Counted from the stretch's first letter, positions 53,367 through 62,986 are shown. The stretch: 64,000 nt of DNA from Terriglobales bacterium (GCA_035652095.1 DASREM010000056.1:199070-263069); one strand, 5' to 3'. Notes: generated by a model not told the origin, from the letters alone. Made by a program: numbers and translations.

Positions 53367-54629
53367 CTATTCGTAACGCAAGGCCTCGATAGGGTCCAGA
53401 TTGGCCGCTTTCCACGCCGGATAAATGCCGAAAAGCAACCCTTCCAGGGCCGCCGCCACCAGTCCGAATGTCGCCCAGAATACCGACATGCGCGCAGGCA
53501 AGGAACTCCAGATGGCAGGGATCGTCCATGTGATCACAGCGCCGAGAAGCACGCCGATCACTCCCCCCAGCGCGGTCAAAGTAATTGCCTCCAGCGTGAA
53601 CTGCAGTAGGATGTCTCGCTTGCGCGCTCCGATGGCCTTGCGCACACCGATCTCCCGCGTTCTTTCCGTAACCGAGACCAACATGATATTCATCACTCCC
53701 ACTCCGCCGACGATCAGGCCCACGCTGGAAACCGCAAACATGAAAACGAAGATCGCACCCGTCACCTGGTTCCACACATCGGAGATCGAGTCCTGCGTGA
53801 AGATCGCGAAGTTGTCCGGCTTGTCCACCGGGACCTTGCGGCGGCGCCGGAGCAGGTCGCGCATCTCGTCAATCACCTTGGGCATGTCCTGGTGCGAAGT
53901 CGCTTTTACGCTGATCCAATACTGCTTGAGTTCCGGGTGTAGTTTGCGGAACACCGATAGCGGAAAGATGACGCGATTATCGTTCGGGTCCTTGCCTCCG
54001 GAAAGCACACTCTTGACCGGTACCATGACTCCAATTACGGTGAACGACTGCCCTTCGATGTTGATCTGCTTGCCAATCGGGTTCTCGGTCGGAAACAGTT
54101 CTTCCGCGGTGCCGCTGCCCAGCACGATAAACGGCGCATGGTGCTCGTCATCAAGATCGCTAAACCACCGTCCGGACGACATCTCGAAGTCATATACATC
54201 TTTGACCGACGCGAGATCGCCCTCAAGAATGGTGTTCTTGGCGCGGCGATCTCCATATTTGACGACATACGTTCCGGTGCCGAACTCCGGCTGCACAAAT
54301 TGCAGCGTCGGCGTGACTGCCTTGACGTGCGGCAAATCCTTCATTGCGATCGCGTCTTCGAGGGTCAGTTCACGGCGCTTGCGCATCTCCTCGGTGGGAA
54401 AGCCGAGGTGAAACGGCTCCAGGTGAAATGCAAACACGATATCGGAACCGATGCTCTGAATGACCTGCGCAACGTTGTCGTTCAGTCCGCGTACTACAGA
54501 AGAGATGCCGATAACGACCGCCACCCCAATCACAATCCCGAGCACGGTCAGGGCGGAGCGCAGCTTGTTGCTGCGGATCGTGTCCATCGCCATCTGGACA
54601 ATTTCACGGTAATCGCGCCGGCGTAACAT
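53367..54629 (-). CDS. MacB-type ABC transporter permease (MacB_PCD + FtsX domain)
   Basis: ORF 53367..55040. The ATG at 54629 lies 2 nt after the upstream gene stop. [27 protein letters not shown]...[29 protein letters not shown]. Confidence 0.85.
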   Translation of the reverse strand: MLRRRDYREIVQMAMDTIRSNKLRSALTVLGIVIGVAVVIGISSVVRGLNDNVAQVIQSIGSDIVFAFHLEPFHLGFPTEEMRKRRELTLEDAIAMKDLPHVKAVTPTLQFVQPEFGTGTYVVKYGDRRAKNTILEGDLASVKDVYDFEMSSGRWFSDLDDEHHAPFIVLGSGTAEELFPTENPIGKQINIEGQSFTVIGVMVPVKSVLSGGKDPNDNRVIFPLSVFRKLHPELKQYWISVKATSHQDMPKVIDEMRDLLRRRRKVPVDKPDNFAIFTQDSISDVWNQVTGAIFVFMFAVSSVGLIVGGVGVMNIMLVSVTERTREIGVRKAIGARKRDILLQFTLEAITLTALGGVIGVLLGAVITWTIPAIWSSLPARMSVFWATFGLVAAALEGLLFGIYPAWKAANLDPIEALRYE

Positions 54630-54631
54630 GG

Positions 54632-55879
54632 TCAGAGCTCGAATCTCAGTGCCGCAATCGGGTCCAACGATGCTGCCCGCCGGGCCGGATATACACCGAA
54701 GAACAAACCCACGCTGCCGGAAACCACAAGCGCCGCGAACACGGCCCACAGGCGCACATCTGATGGCATACCAATCAGCAACGTGATCAGCTTCGCGACG
54801 AAAATTCCGCTCATGACTCCCAGCACCCCCCCCACCAGAGACAGGGTTGCCGATTCGATCAGGAATTGCAGCAGCACGTCCCGGCGCCGCGCCCCCATGG
54901 CTTTGCGCACGCCGATTTCCCGCGTCCGCTCCGTGACCGAAACCAGCATGATGTTCATGATCACAATGCCACCCACCACCAGCGCAATCGAGGCGATCAC
55001 GATCATCACAATGAAAAACGTTCCGCTCAGGTTCGCCCAAATGCTCAGGAAACTCTGGTTGGTTTCCGCGGCGAAGCTGTCCGGTTTGCCTGGCGCATCA
55101 TGCCGCCGGGCTCGCAGAATCGCCCGCGATTCATCCATCGCCGCATCCAGTTCCGCGCCGACCCCGTTCGCCTTGCCCGAGATCCGGATGCTGGTATGCT
55201 CCCCGAATTGCTTCAGGTAAGAGGTAATGGGAACCGCGACGTAGTTGTCGCGGCTCGCAAATAAGTTTTTACCCTGCTTCTTGCCGATTCCAATGATGGT
55301 GTAGATCTGGCCGTCGACGCGAATCTCCTTGCCCAGCGGGTCAATCCCCGGAAACAGGTGGTCCACCAGGTCCGTTCCAATCACTGCGACGTTGGATCGT
55401 GTGTTCTCGTCATTCTCGGTGATCATCCGGCCGGCAGTCAGATCGAGGTCGAGGATTTCCGCCATGGATGGCGTTAAGCCGCGCAGAAAAACATCATTGA
55501 CAGTTTGCTCGCCGTATTTTACGTGCCCACCGGGGCTGAACGCGGAGGCGCCAATCATAGTGCAATGGCGGCACGCCTCGCGCACTGCGGCGTAATCTTC
55601 CATGGTGAGGTCTTTGCGTTTCTGCCCTTCCAGGAACTGATCGACGTTGGTAATGACAGGGGTGACCTTGCTGATAATGAAAACGTCGGCCCCGAGATTG
55701 AAGATCTTCTCCGCGACGTAGCCGTTGATTCCGCCGACGAACGTCACCACCGCAATCACCGCCGCGACGCCGATGACGACTCCGAGCAGGGTCAACACCG
55801 AGCGCAATTTGTTCGCCCACAGTGAAGCAATCGAGATGCGAACTCCTTCGAGGAAGTTCATTGGGCTTAAACCGCGCAT
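54632..55879 (-). CDS. MacB-type ABC transporter permease (second copy)
   Basis: [27 protein letters not shown]...[29 protein letters not shown]. Start at 55879 or 55861. Confidence 0.85.
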   Translation of the reverse strand: MRGLSPMNFLEGVRISIASLWANKLRSVLTLLGVVIGVAAVIAVVTFVGGINGYVAEKIFNLGADVFIISKVTPVITNVDQFLEGQKRKDLTMEDYAAVREACRHCTMIGASAFSPGGHVKYGEQTVNDVFLRGLTPSMAEILDLDLTAGRMITENDENTRSNVAVIGTDLVDHLFPGIDPLGKEIRVDGQIYTIIGIGKKQGKNLFASRDNYVAVPITSYLKQFGEHTSIRISGKANGVGAELDAAMDESRAILRARRHDAPGKPDSFAAETNQSFLSIWANLSGTFFIVMIVIASIALVVGGIVIMNIMLVSVTERTREIGVRKAMGARRRDVLLQFLIESATLSLVGGVLGVMSGIFVAKLITLLIGMPSDVRLWAVFAALVVSGSVGLFFGVYPARRAASLDPIAALRFEL

Positions 55880-55982
55880 ACAAAGGCGCGTTCTCTAAGT
55901 CTAGCAGAGCGTTTTTCTTTGCGGCCCTGCGTGATACGTGCATGGTGATTCGCGGTATAATTCGCCCGGTTTCGGGGGTTTT

Positions 55983-57668
55983 ATGAAGTTCCGCGTTATC
56001 CTCCTCGCTCTCTGTGCTTTCGGTTTGCCTTATTCTCTGCGTGCGCAAAATCCTGTGCCGCTGATCTCGCCTCCGCTTACGCCGGCGAGTGTGGTCCCAG
56101 GTAGTGGCAGCTTTACGCTTACAGTTCATGGGACCGGCTTCGTGAAAGGGACGGTGGTCAAGTGGAATGGCAGCACAAGGACCACGACCGTGGTCAGCGA
56201 ATCGGTGCTGATGGCGCAGATCAACGCCAATGACGTGAGCGTCGCCGGAACTGCGATTGTGCGGGCAGTGAATCCTGCACCGGGCGGAGGCGCTTCCAAT
56301 GCCGCCTTTTTGTCCGTCACCAACCCCATTTCCAATGTCGGATGGCTGGGCAAGTCAAACTGGCGCGCCGATGGCGTCCAGATTCTCGCCGTTGATGTGA
56401 ACCAGGACCGCAAGCTCGATGTGCTGCTCGCCTCGACATACAGAAATTCATTGACGGTACTCCTTGGCAACGGCGATGGGACACTCCAGCCGGCGGCCTC
56501 TTACCCCGCCGGACGTCTGCCCACGGCTGCGATTACTGGCGACTTCAACAAAGATGGCAGCCTGGATATTGCACTCATCAACCCTTTTGATGACGCGGTC
56601 TCCGTCCTGATGAACCATGGCGACGGGAGCTTTGCAGCACCGGTGTCTTACGGTGTCGGTTCCGGAGCCGGTCCGGCTGGTTTAGTTGCAGGCGATTTCA
56701 ATCGCGACGGCATCCTGGATGTCGCGGTGTCGCTCCTTAGCCAGCAGGGCATTTTCATGCTTCTCGGCAACGGAGACGGTACTTTTCACAACGGCAGCGT
56801 TTCACCAGCCGCGGATCTGCCCGATCAACTGGGTGCGGGCGACTTCAATGGCGACGGAAAGCTCGACATCCTCGTCGTTAACTTCAACCCATTCATCTCG
56901 GTCATGCTGGGGAATGGCGACGGAACCTTTCAGGCAGCGCAACAATTCACCGCGACCGGATACGCACCGCCAGAGATTGCCGATCTCAATGGTGACGGAA
57001 AACTCGACGTGTTGCTCGCCGCCGGGACCGGAGGCATAGCCACTCTATTGGGAAACGGTGATGGCACTCTAGGGCCGGTGAAGTATTACAGCTTCCAACG
57101 CAAGCCCCCTGGGTGGCTGGCGCTCGCCGATTTCAACGGCGACGGAAAATTGGACGTAGCCGCAGTCGGCGGCGGCAACAAGGTCACTGTGCTTCATGGA
57201 AACGGTGATGGAAGCTTTCGACCCCCGTTTTACGATTTCGCGACCGGACCGTCCTCCTTCGGAGTTGCCGCCGGAGACTTTAATGGCGATGGCAAGATGG
57301 ATCTGGTCAGCAGCAGCAACGTCACCCCTGCCAACATTTCAGTTCTGTTGCAGTCAGCAGCTGTTTTTTCTGTGACAGCCGTGTCTTTCGGGGGCGTAAA
57401 GGTCGGCACCAGCAAGTCCTCGACCGTGACCCTGACCAATGCGGCGGCTTCAGCGTTGACGATCAGCAGTGTCAGCATCATTGGCGAGAACCCAGGCGTC
57501 TTCTCGCAGACCAATGACTGCGGAAGCAGTGTCCCCGCTGGGGCCAGTTGCACATTCACCGTAGTGTTCGCCCCGACTTTCGCTGGACCGCGGGAGGCTT
57601 TGCTCTCCGTCTCCGACGGCTCCAGCAGCAGCCCGCAAAGACTTGCTCTGAGCGGCTCCGGAAACTAG
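55983..57668 (+). CDS. Secreted FG-GAP/VCBS-repeat protein with N-terminal IPT-like and C-terminal Ig-like domains
   Basis: ORF 55938..57668, ATG at 55983. Signal peptide MKFRVILLALCAFGLPYSLRA. At least 7 repeats of GDFNGDGKLD type. The C-terminus (GASCTFTVVFAPTFAGP) is like choice-of-anchor-D/ASH-type domains. Confidence 0.75.
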   Translation: MKFRVILLALCAFGLPYSLRAQNPVPLISPPLTPASVVPGSGSFTLTVHGTGFVKGTVVKWNGSTRTTTVVSESVLMAQINANDVSVAGTAIVRAVNPAPGGGASNAAFLSVTNPISNVGWLGKSNWRADGVQILAVDVNQDRKLDVLLASTYRNSLTVLLGNGDGTLQPAASYPAGRLPTAAITGDFNKDGSLDIALINPFDDAVSVLMNHGDGSFAAPVSYGVGSGAGPAGLVAGDFNRDGILDVAVSLLSQQGIFMLLGNGDGTFHNGSVSPAADLPDQLGAGDFNGDGKLDILVVNFNPFISVMLGNGDGTFQAAQQFTATGYAPPEIADLNGDGKLDVLLAAGTGGIATLLGNGDGTLGPVKYYSFQRKPPGWLALADFNGDGKLDVAAVGGGNKVTVLHGNGDGSFRPPFYDFATGPSSFGVAAGDFNGDGKMDLVSSSNVTPANISVLLQSAAVFSVTAVSFGGVKVGTSKSSTVTLTNAAASALTISSVSIIGENPGVFSQTNDCGSSVPAGASCTFTVVFAPTFAGPREALLSVSDGSSSSPQRLALSGSGN

Positions 57669-57718
57669 CAGCCCACCGCTGGATGCGGGGTCGGAGCATC
57701 CCATATACTGGGAATGTT

Positions 57719-58194
57719 GGCAGCCGGGCCGGACGGTCGCTCCCGCTTCGTCAAGGAGCGGGGGAGGAAAGTCCGAACTCCGCAGAGCAGTGTGCCGGAT
57801 AACGTCCGGGACGGCAGGTTCAAGCCTGTCGGACGGAAAGTGCCACAGAAAACATACCGCCCCGCCTATTCTGGAAGGAGTGCAGAGATTTCCGCTGATC
57901 TTTCCAGAATGGGCGAGGTAAGGGTGAAAAGGTGCGGTAAGAGCGCACCGCCGCCGCAGTAATGCAGCGGGCAGGGCAAACCCCACACGGAGCAAGACCA
58001 AATAGGGAGGAACCCCGCCCATTCTGGCCAGAGTGCTGCCTGTTGGGCGCTCCGGCGAGAATGGGCGGGGACGTGCCGGCTCGGCGCGTCACCACCTCCG
58101 GGTAGGTCGCTTGAGCCGCGCAGTAATGCGCGGCCCAGAGGAATGACCGTCCCGCCGCAAGGCGGACAGAATTCGGCTTACAGGTCCGGCTGCC
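57719..58194 (+). ncRNA. rnpB: RNase P RNA, bacterial type A
   Basis: GGAGGAAAGTCCGAACTCC (P4 5' strand). GGTAAGGGTGAAAAGGTGCGGTAAGAGCGCACCG. GCAAGACCAAATAGGGA. AGAGGAATGACCGTCC...ACAGAATTCGGCTTAC (P4 3' strand). P1 pairing of GGCAGCCGGGCC (57719) with GGTCCGGCTGCC (ending 58194). Confidence 0.95.
58169..58184 (+). repeat. Direct repeat copy 1 (GAATTCGGCTTACAGG), inside the 3' end of rnpB
   Basis: Exact 16-nt match to 58391..58406. Confidence 0.9.
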
Positions 58195-58197
58195 ACA

Positions 58198-58366
58198 TTC
58201 ATTGACCCGTTGACTCGCCTGCAACTCGCCCGTGCCTATGCTATGTCCGGGGACGTCACAAAAGCCAAAGCCGCGTACCAGGACTTTCTCGCGCTCTGGA
58301 AGGATGCCAAATCCCGACATCCCCATTCTGAAGCAAGCCAAGGCTGAGTACGCCGTAGTGCAATGA
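58198..58366 (+). pseudogene. Frameshifted C-terminal fragment of a TPR-type protein
   Basis: Frame a reads ...IDPLTRLQLARAYAMSGDVTKAKAAYQDFLALWKDA. After a 1-nt shift, frame b reads NPDIPILKQAKAEYAVVQ*. Together these form a common C-terminal ending of acidobacterial TPR/kinase proteins. There is no start codon or upstream body. Confidence 0.55.
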
Positions 58367-58390
58367 ACACGCTCCCGCGTGGGGCCCGGC

Positions 58391-58406
58391 GAATTCGGCT
58401 TACAGG
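58391..58406 (+). repeat. Direct repeat copy 2 (GAATTCGGCTTACAGG), overlapping the stop of the SDR gene
   Basis: Exact 16-nt match to 58169..58184. Confidence 0.9.
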
Positions 58407-59854
58407 CCTTGGCCCGTGTAAGCAGGCTGTATCGTGATGCTGTGCGTAGCCTTTCTGCACACTGCTTGGACCATGCCCCGGAAGATTAGAATGTGAGCGG
58501 GGTAAAGAACCCACCAGTAAAGTTCCCCGAATAATCCGCGTGGCTCAAACCAGGCGCAGCAGCGAAGCAACGTCCGGCTAGTAGGCTGAGGAGAAACCAA
58601 GAACTCCAACCAGGCACGACCCGGGAGCTTCATTTCCGCCCGCAGGAGCAGACGGCGGTCCGCCTCGAGATCCTGTACGTACCAAAAGTCAATGTGATCA
58701 TTCTTCTTCAAGGAGGCGATGCCAGGGCCGGGTTTCATCCCAACTCCTCCCAGGAACCGGTCCAGCCAACCGCGGATGCGCCACAAGCTGTTCGCATAGA
58801 GATAGCCGTTCGAACCGCCGAGGTGCGTGATGACCGAGAAAACCTCCTTTGGCGACGCGTCTGCAACCGCTTGACGGATGTCGCACAGAACGCCGTCCCG
58901 CCGAGTGAATACGTGCGCAGGACGGCATGGAAGAGTCTCTCTCAGAGAATCGTCCGGTAGCGCTCGGGTCAGCGTCCTCTCAATGGCAGCCGCATAACCC
59001 ATAGGCCTTATTGCAGGGAATAGCTCAGCAGCACGGGTGTTTTTGCAGACAACCTCGGTGCGCAAGCCCTCAATCAGTGGACGCGCGATCGAGGTGGGAA
59101 TTGGGGTCACCAGGCGCAACCAGTAGGAAGACAGTCGCGGTGTCAAGACGGGCACGCGGAGCAACCAGCGCTTGAGCCGCCGAGCTTGGGCATAGGTGAG
59201 CATCATGCTCCGGTAGGTTTCAATTGTTGCGCCCCCGATTTCAATCACCTGATCCGTTGACTCTGGTGACTGCAGCGCCGCGACCAGATAGTCGAGAACA
59301 TCATCGATCGCAATGGGCTGAGTGCGCGTAATCACCCAGCGGGGACAGATCATGACAGGGAGCCGCTCAGTCAGGTATCGAATCAACTCGAACGAGACAC
59401 TGCCATTGCCGACAATGATGCCTGCGCGGAACTCTGTGACCGGCGGTCCGAACCTGCGTAGAGTCTCGCCGGTTTCATGGCGGCTCTTTAAGTGCAGGGA
59501 AATTTGTGACGTTTCGGACGCGAGACCGCCAAGGTAGATGATTCGTTTCACTCCTGCCTGGCGGGCCGCCACGGCAAAGTTGTTGGCGGCGAGCCGGTCC
59601 CGCTCCTGGAAATCTCCGCCGGGGGCGGACATGGAGTGAATCAGATAGTAGGCAACCTCGATTCCCTGCATTGCTGTGGCAACGCTCTCCGCTTGCAGTA
59701 CGTCGGCAACTACAATGCGCGTGCTATCGGCCACTCGCGGATCCACCCGCGAGGCGTTCCGCACCATGCATGAGACTTCGTGTCCCGAATCCAGCAGACG
59801 CGGGATCAGCCTGGTGCCTACATATCCGGTCGCACCACTGACCAGAATTTTCAT
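58400..59854 (-). CDS. NAD(P)-binding SDR-family protein fused to a DUF2867-like C-terminal domain
   Basis: ORF 58400..59938. The ATG at 59854 overlaps the tspO stop (ATGA). MKILVSGATGYVGTRLIPRLLDSGHEV is a Rossmann GxxGxxG motif. The C-terminal half resembles DUF2867 (from memory). Confidence 0.7.
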   Translation of the reverse strand: MKILVSGATGYVGTRLIPRLLDSGHEVSCMVRNASRVDPRVADSTRIVVADVLQAESVATAMQGIEVAYYLIHSMSAPGGDFQERDRLAANNFAVAARQAGVKRIIYLGGLASETSQISLHLKSRHETGETLRRFGPPVTEFRAGIIVGNGSVSFELIRYLTERLPVMICPRWVITRTQPIAIDDVLDYLVAALQSPESTDQVIEIGGATIETYRSMMLTYAQARRLKRWLLRVPVLTPRLSSYWLRLVTPIPTSIARPLIEGLRTEVVCKNTRAAELFPAIRPMGYAAAIERTLTRALPDDSLRETLPCRPAHVFTRRDGVLCDIRQAVADASPKEVFSVITHLGGSNGYLYANSLWRIRGWLDRFLGGVGMKPGPGIASLKKNDHIDFWYVQDLEADRRLLLRAEMKLPGRAWLEFLVSPQPTSRTLLRCCAWFEPRGLFGELYWWVLYPAHILIFRGMVQAVCRKATHSITIQPAYTGQGL

Positions 59855-60336
59855 GCTGCTCCCAGATTCAGTCGCCAGATTTTGAAATTCAGCAGCGCTG
59901 CAAAAGCGACCCACAGAGCGTAAGGCACCATGAGCCAAAATGCCAGGCGGGAAACCGGCCGGAATGTCACCGCAGTTGCGGCAATCGTACCGAGCAATAA
60001 CACAATCTCAATCAGCGCCATTCCCGGCCGGTGTAGTGCAAAGAATAGCCCTGACCAGGCGACATTCAGCGCCAATTGGCCGAAGAACAGAGCCAGAGCA
60101 AATCTTGCGCCGCTCCATCCCGCTCTTCGCCAAACCAGCCAGGCACTGGTTGCCATCAGGAAATACAGAGCCGACCAAACCGGGGCGAAGATCCAGTTGG
60201 GTGGGTTGAAGGAAGGCTTTTTCAGGTCTGCGTACCAGGTGCTAACCGAGAACGAGGTCCAGATGGATCCGATCCCAGCACCGCCGTAGCACAACAACAA
60301 AAAAAAGATAAGCATGAGCCAGCGGTTGTTAGACAT
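59851..60336 (-). CDS. tspO: TspO/MBR tryptophan-rich sensory protein
   Basis: WYADLKKPSFNPPNWIFAPVWSALYFLMATSAWLVW. Five TM segments, about 160 aa. Confidence 0.9.
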   Translation of the reverse strand: MSNNRWLMLIFFLLLCYGGAGIGSIWTSFSVSTWYADLKKPSFNPPNWIFAPVWSALYFLMATSAWLVWRRAGWSGARFALALFFGQLALNVAWSGLFFALHRPGMALIEIVLLLGTIAATAVTFRPVSRLAFWLMVPYALWVAFAALLNFKIWRLNLGAA

Positions 60337-60405
60337 GAGTGGCCTCTATTTGTGTCACATTCTCGACATACTGATGGCAATCGAACTCTTGAAGCGCTGG
60401 CGCAT

Positions 60406-60441
60406 GAGAAAAACAGGGGAGGACGCAAAAACGTTCTCCCC
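60406..60441 (-). terminator. Rho-independent terminator of the fasciclin-DUF378 pair
   Basis: The minus strand reads GGGGAGAACG-TTTTTG-CGTCCTCCCC (9 bp with one mismatch) followed by TGTTTTTCTC. It lies 15 nt after the DUF378 stop. Confidence 0.6.
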
Positions 60442-60456
60442 GTCTTCCGTTTTCAT

Positions 60457-60699
60457 CTAACGAGCGCGGGCCGGAGCCGATTCGTGCCCCCAGCGATGCT
60501 GAATGGATTTGAACGAGACAGCCTGGTACAGCGCCGCCAAGCCAACCAGGCCATAGACGACGGAACTGAGAGTTGAAGTTTCGCCGAATCTCATTCCGAA
60601 AGTAGCGGCCACCAGGTCGAAGTGCGCAATGCTTACCAGGCCCCAGTTCAGTCCGCCAACTACAAGCAGTACAGCTGCGATTACATCTAACGTCTTCAT
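60457..60699 (-). CDS. DUF378 small membrane protein
   Basis: ORF 60457..60711. ATG at 60699 follows GGAGGA. MKTLDVIAAVLLVVGGLNWGLV...VYGLVGLAALY is the DUF378 signature. Confidence 0.8.
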   Translation of the reverse strand: MKTLDVIAAVLLVVGGLNWGLVSIAHFDLVAATFGMRFGETSTLSSVVYGLVGLAALYQAVSFKSIQHRWGHESAPARAR

Positions 60700-60715
60700 C
60701 TTTTCCTCCATTTGC

Positions 60716-61201
60716 TTAGTCTTTTGGTAGAAGTACGGTGTCGATTACGTGGATCACGCCGTTGGAAGCCAAAACATCGGCTTTCAGCACCTTGGCGTCA
60801 TTAACCATGACGGTGCCGTCATTGACCGTCAGTTTCAGGTCCTGGCCATTGACGGTTTTCGCAGACGAGAGTTTTACAACCTTCGCTGCAGTCACGTCGC
60901 CCGACACCACGTGGTAGAGCAGGATGGCCTTCAACTTCTCCTGGTTCTCGGGCTTGAGAAGCGACTCGACTGTGCCCGCCGGCAGCTTGCTGAAGGCTTC
61001 GTCTGTCGGAGCAAACACGGTGAAGGGTCCTTTGCCTTTCAGGGTGCCGGCCAGACCGGCGGCTTGAAGTGCTGTGGCTAACGTGTTGAAAGTTCCCGCG
61101 GCGACCGCGGTGTCAACGATGTCCTTTTGCCCGGATCCGGCCGCTGCCGGCAAGGCACTTACGAGGACACTGAGAATCAATGCAAAACTAGCTGCTTTCA
61201 A
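60716..61201 (-). CDS. Fasciclin (FAS1) domain protein, secreted
   Basis: TTG start with AAGGAG SD. Signal peptide (M)[36 protein letters not shown] and [13 protein letters not shown] are FAS1 H1/YH/H2 motifs. Confidence 0.9.
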   Translation of the reverse strand: MKAASFALILSVLVSALPAAAGSGQKDIVDTAVAAGTFNTLATALQAAGLAGTLKGKGPFTVFAPTDEAFSKLPAGTVESLLKPENQEKLKAILLYHVVSGDVTAAKVVKLSSAKTVNGQDLKLTVNDGTVMVNDAKVLKADVLASNGVIHVIDTVLLPKD

Positions 61202-61786
61202 TTCAATTTCTCCTTGTCGTAATTCTGTGTCGTTGCGATGCTGCCCGCTTGTTCTGTTAACTATAGAGAACAGTTATTTGATGTGTACGACAAACAGCAA
61301 GATAATCAAATACATGTGAATGCCGGTCAAAATGAAAACCATCTCTTGTACCGAGGAGAAAGCAGGGGGAAGGGGGTGGTCATGGGCAGGTGGGAGAGCG
61401 CTCACAGTGGGTTTCGCGGCCTTGCCGCAGAGCGTGGCAGAGTCTTTCCTTATTGGCTCCGATTGCGGGGTGACGAGCGATCCGCCACAACCATAGTTGT
61501 GACGCAAAACCTGCCATCAATGCCCAAAGCTGACATCATTGATGCTTGGCTCGATGGGCGGCGTTATCGCAACAAATCTCCTTCTCCGACCTAGCGTTAT
61601 CGCCCCTTTGCCGGCAATGTTGCTCCCGGAGATAAGCCAGCGTGGGAGCCCGCGTTCCCGCACATGGCTATGTGAGCCATGTCACAGGGTGTCTGCCCTT
61701 GACAGCGCACAATGACCGGAGAGGCCGCCCTGAGGACCTTGCCGGTCCTCGCCTTCTGGTCCCCGTTCGGACCGGGCGCGACTGTG

Positions 61787-62986
61787 ATGAACAACTCTGC
61801 CCGCAAAACCCGCTCCCTGATTGCGGGGAATGAACTACTCATGCTCGTCGTGGCGGTGACGTGCGTTCTGATGCCCGCATGTTCTCGTCCCAATACAACG
61901 GCTCCGGTCGTCTCCGCGGTACCTGTTCTGGCGGCGACGGTGGAGCAGAAGAATGTACCGGTAGAGATACAGGCCATCGGAACTGTCGAAGCCTTCTCCA
62001 TGGTGTCTGTGAAGACCCAGATTACCGGAGAGCTGACGAATGTGTTCTTCAAGGAAGGGCAGGACGTCCACCAGGGTGATCTGATCTTCAAACTGGATGA
62101 GCGGACCTATGCCGCGGAACTCAAAAAACAGCAGGCCAACCTTGCCCGCGATACGGCACAGGCCAGGCTGGCGCAGCTTGATGCGGAGCGCTTCGCGGGC
62201 CTCTTTAAAGAAGGGGTCATATCGCACCAGCAGTACGATCAGGCACAGGCGAGCGCACAGGCGCTGGATGCGGTGGTGCAGGCCGACGTTGCCGCGGTTG
62301 AAAACGCTCGCGTGCAGTTGACCTATTGCTCCATCTACTCGCCGATCAATGGCCGCACCGGTCCGTTGATGATCCATCGTGGAAACATGATCAAGGCGAA
62401 CGACACGCCCTACCTGGTGAATATCAGCCAGGTCGAGCCAATCTTCGTCAGTTTTGCGGTTCCAGAACAGTATCTGGCCGATATCAAGGTCAATGCTTCG
62501 AAGCGTGATTTGGTGGTGCGAGCCGCGATTCCGGGAAATGATGCTCCCGCCGTGGGCAGGCTGAGCTTCATTGACAACGCGGTCGATCCGGTCACGGGCA
62601 CCATTCGATTGAAGGGGCAATTCGCCAACGCCGATCGCCGGCTGTGGCCGGGCCAGTTCGTGAACGCTACCCTCACCCTCTCTGAGCAGGTTGGAGCTGT
62701 TGTGGTTCCATCGCAAGCCATCCAGAGCGGACAGCAGGGCCAGTATGTGTTTGTCATCAACCCCGATCTGACAGTCGCAGCACGTCCGGTGGAGGTGAAT
62801 CGTAGCAGCCACGGGCAAGCCGTGGTTAACCAGGGCCTCAGCTCTGGAGAGCGTGTGGTCACAGACGGCCAACTGCGACTGGTGCCGGGGTCCAGGGTCG
62901 AGATCAAGCCTGCGCTGGCGGTTCCGTCCCCAGAACGAAGCGCCCCCGAGAAGCCGGCCGTCGCCGCCAAGGACGCGCGGTCATGA
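61787..62986 (+). CDS. RND efflux periplasmic adaptor (membrane fusion protein)
   Basis: ORF 61712..62986, ATG at 61787. Lipoprotein-like LMPACS. VKTQITGELTNVFFKEGQDVHQGDLIFKLD. Coiled-coil region. YCSIYSPINGRTG. Confidence 0.9.
   Translation: MNNSARKTRSLIAGNELLMLVVAVTCVLMPACSRPNTTAPVVSAVPVLAATVEQKNVPVEIQAIGTVEAFSMVSVKTQITGELTNVFFKEGQDVHQGDLIFKLDERTYAAELKKQQANLARDTAQARLAQLDAERFAGLFKEGVISHQQYDQAQASAQALDAVVQADVAAVENARVQLTYCSIYSPINGRTGPLMIHRGNMIKANDTPYLVNISQVEPIFVSFAVPEQYLADIKVNASKRDLVVRAAIPGNDAPAVGRLSFIDNAVDPVTGTIRLKGQFANADRRLWPGQFVNATLTLSEQVGAVVVPSQAIQSGQQGQYVFVINPDLTVAARPVEVNRSSHGQAVVNQGLSSGERVVTDGQLRLVPGSRVEIKPALAVPSPERSAPEKPAVAAKDARS

Noticed and set aside
57450-58341. Two minus-strand ORFs (190 aa and 173 aa) spanning 57450-58022 and 57820-58341.
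   Set aside because: They run antisense across the RNase P RNA gene, which is unambiguous, and have no protein-like features.
61238-61594. 118-aa plus-strand ORF in the fasciclin/RND spacer.
   Set aside because: Its first third is translated from the AT-rich promoter-like patch. It has no SD, no motifs and no hydrophobic segments. It is kept only as part of the spacer observation.
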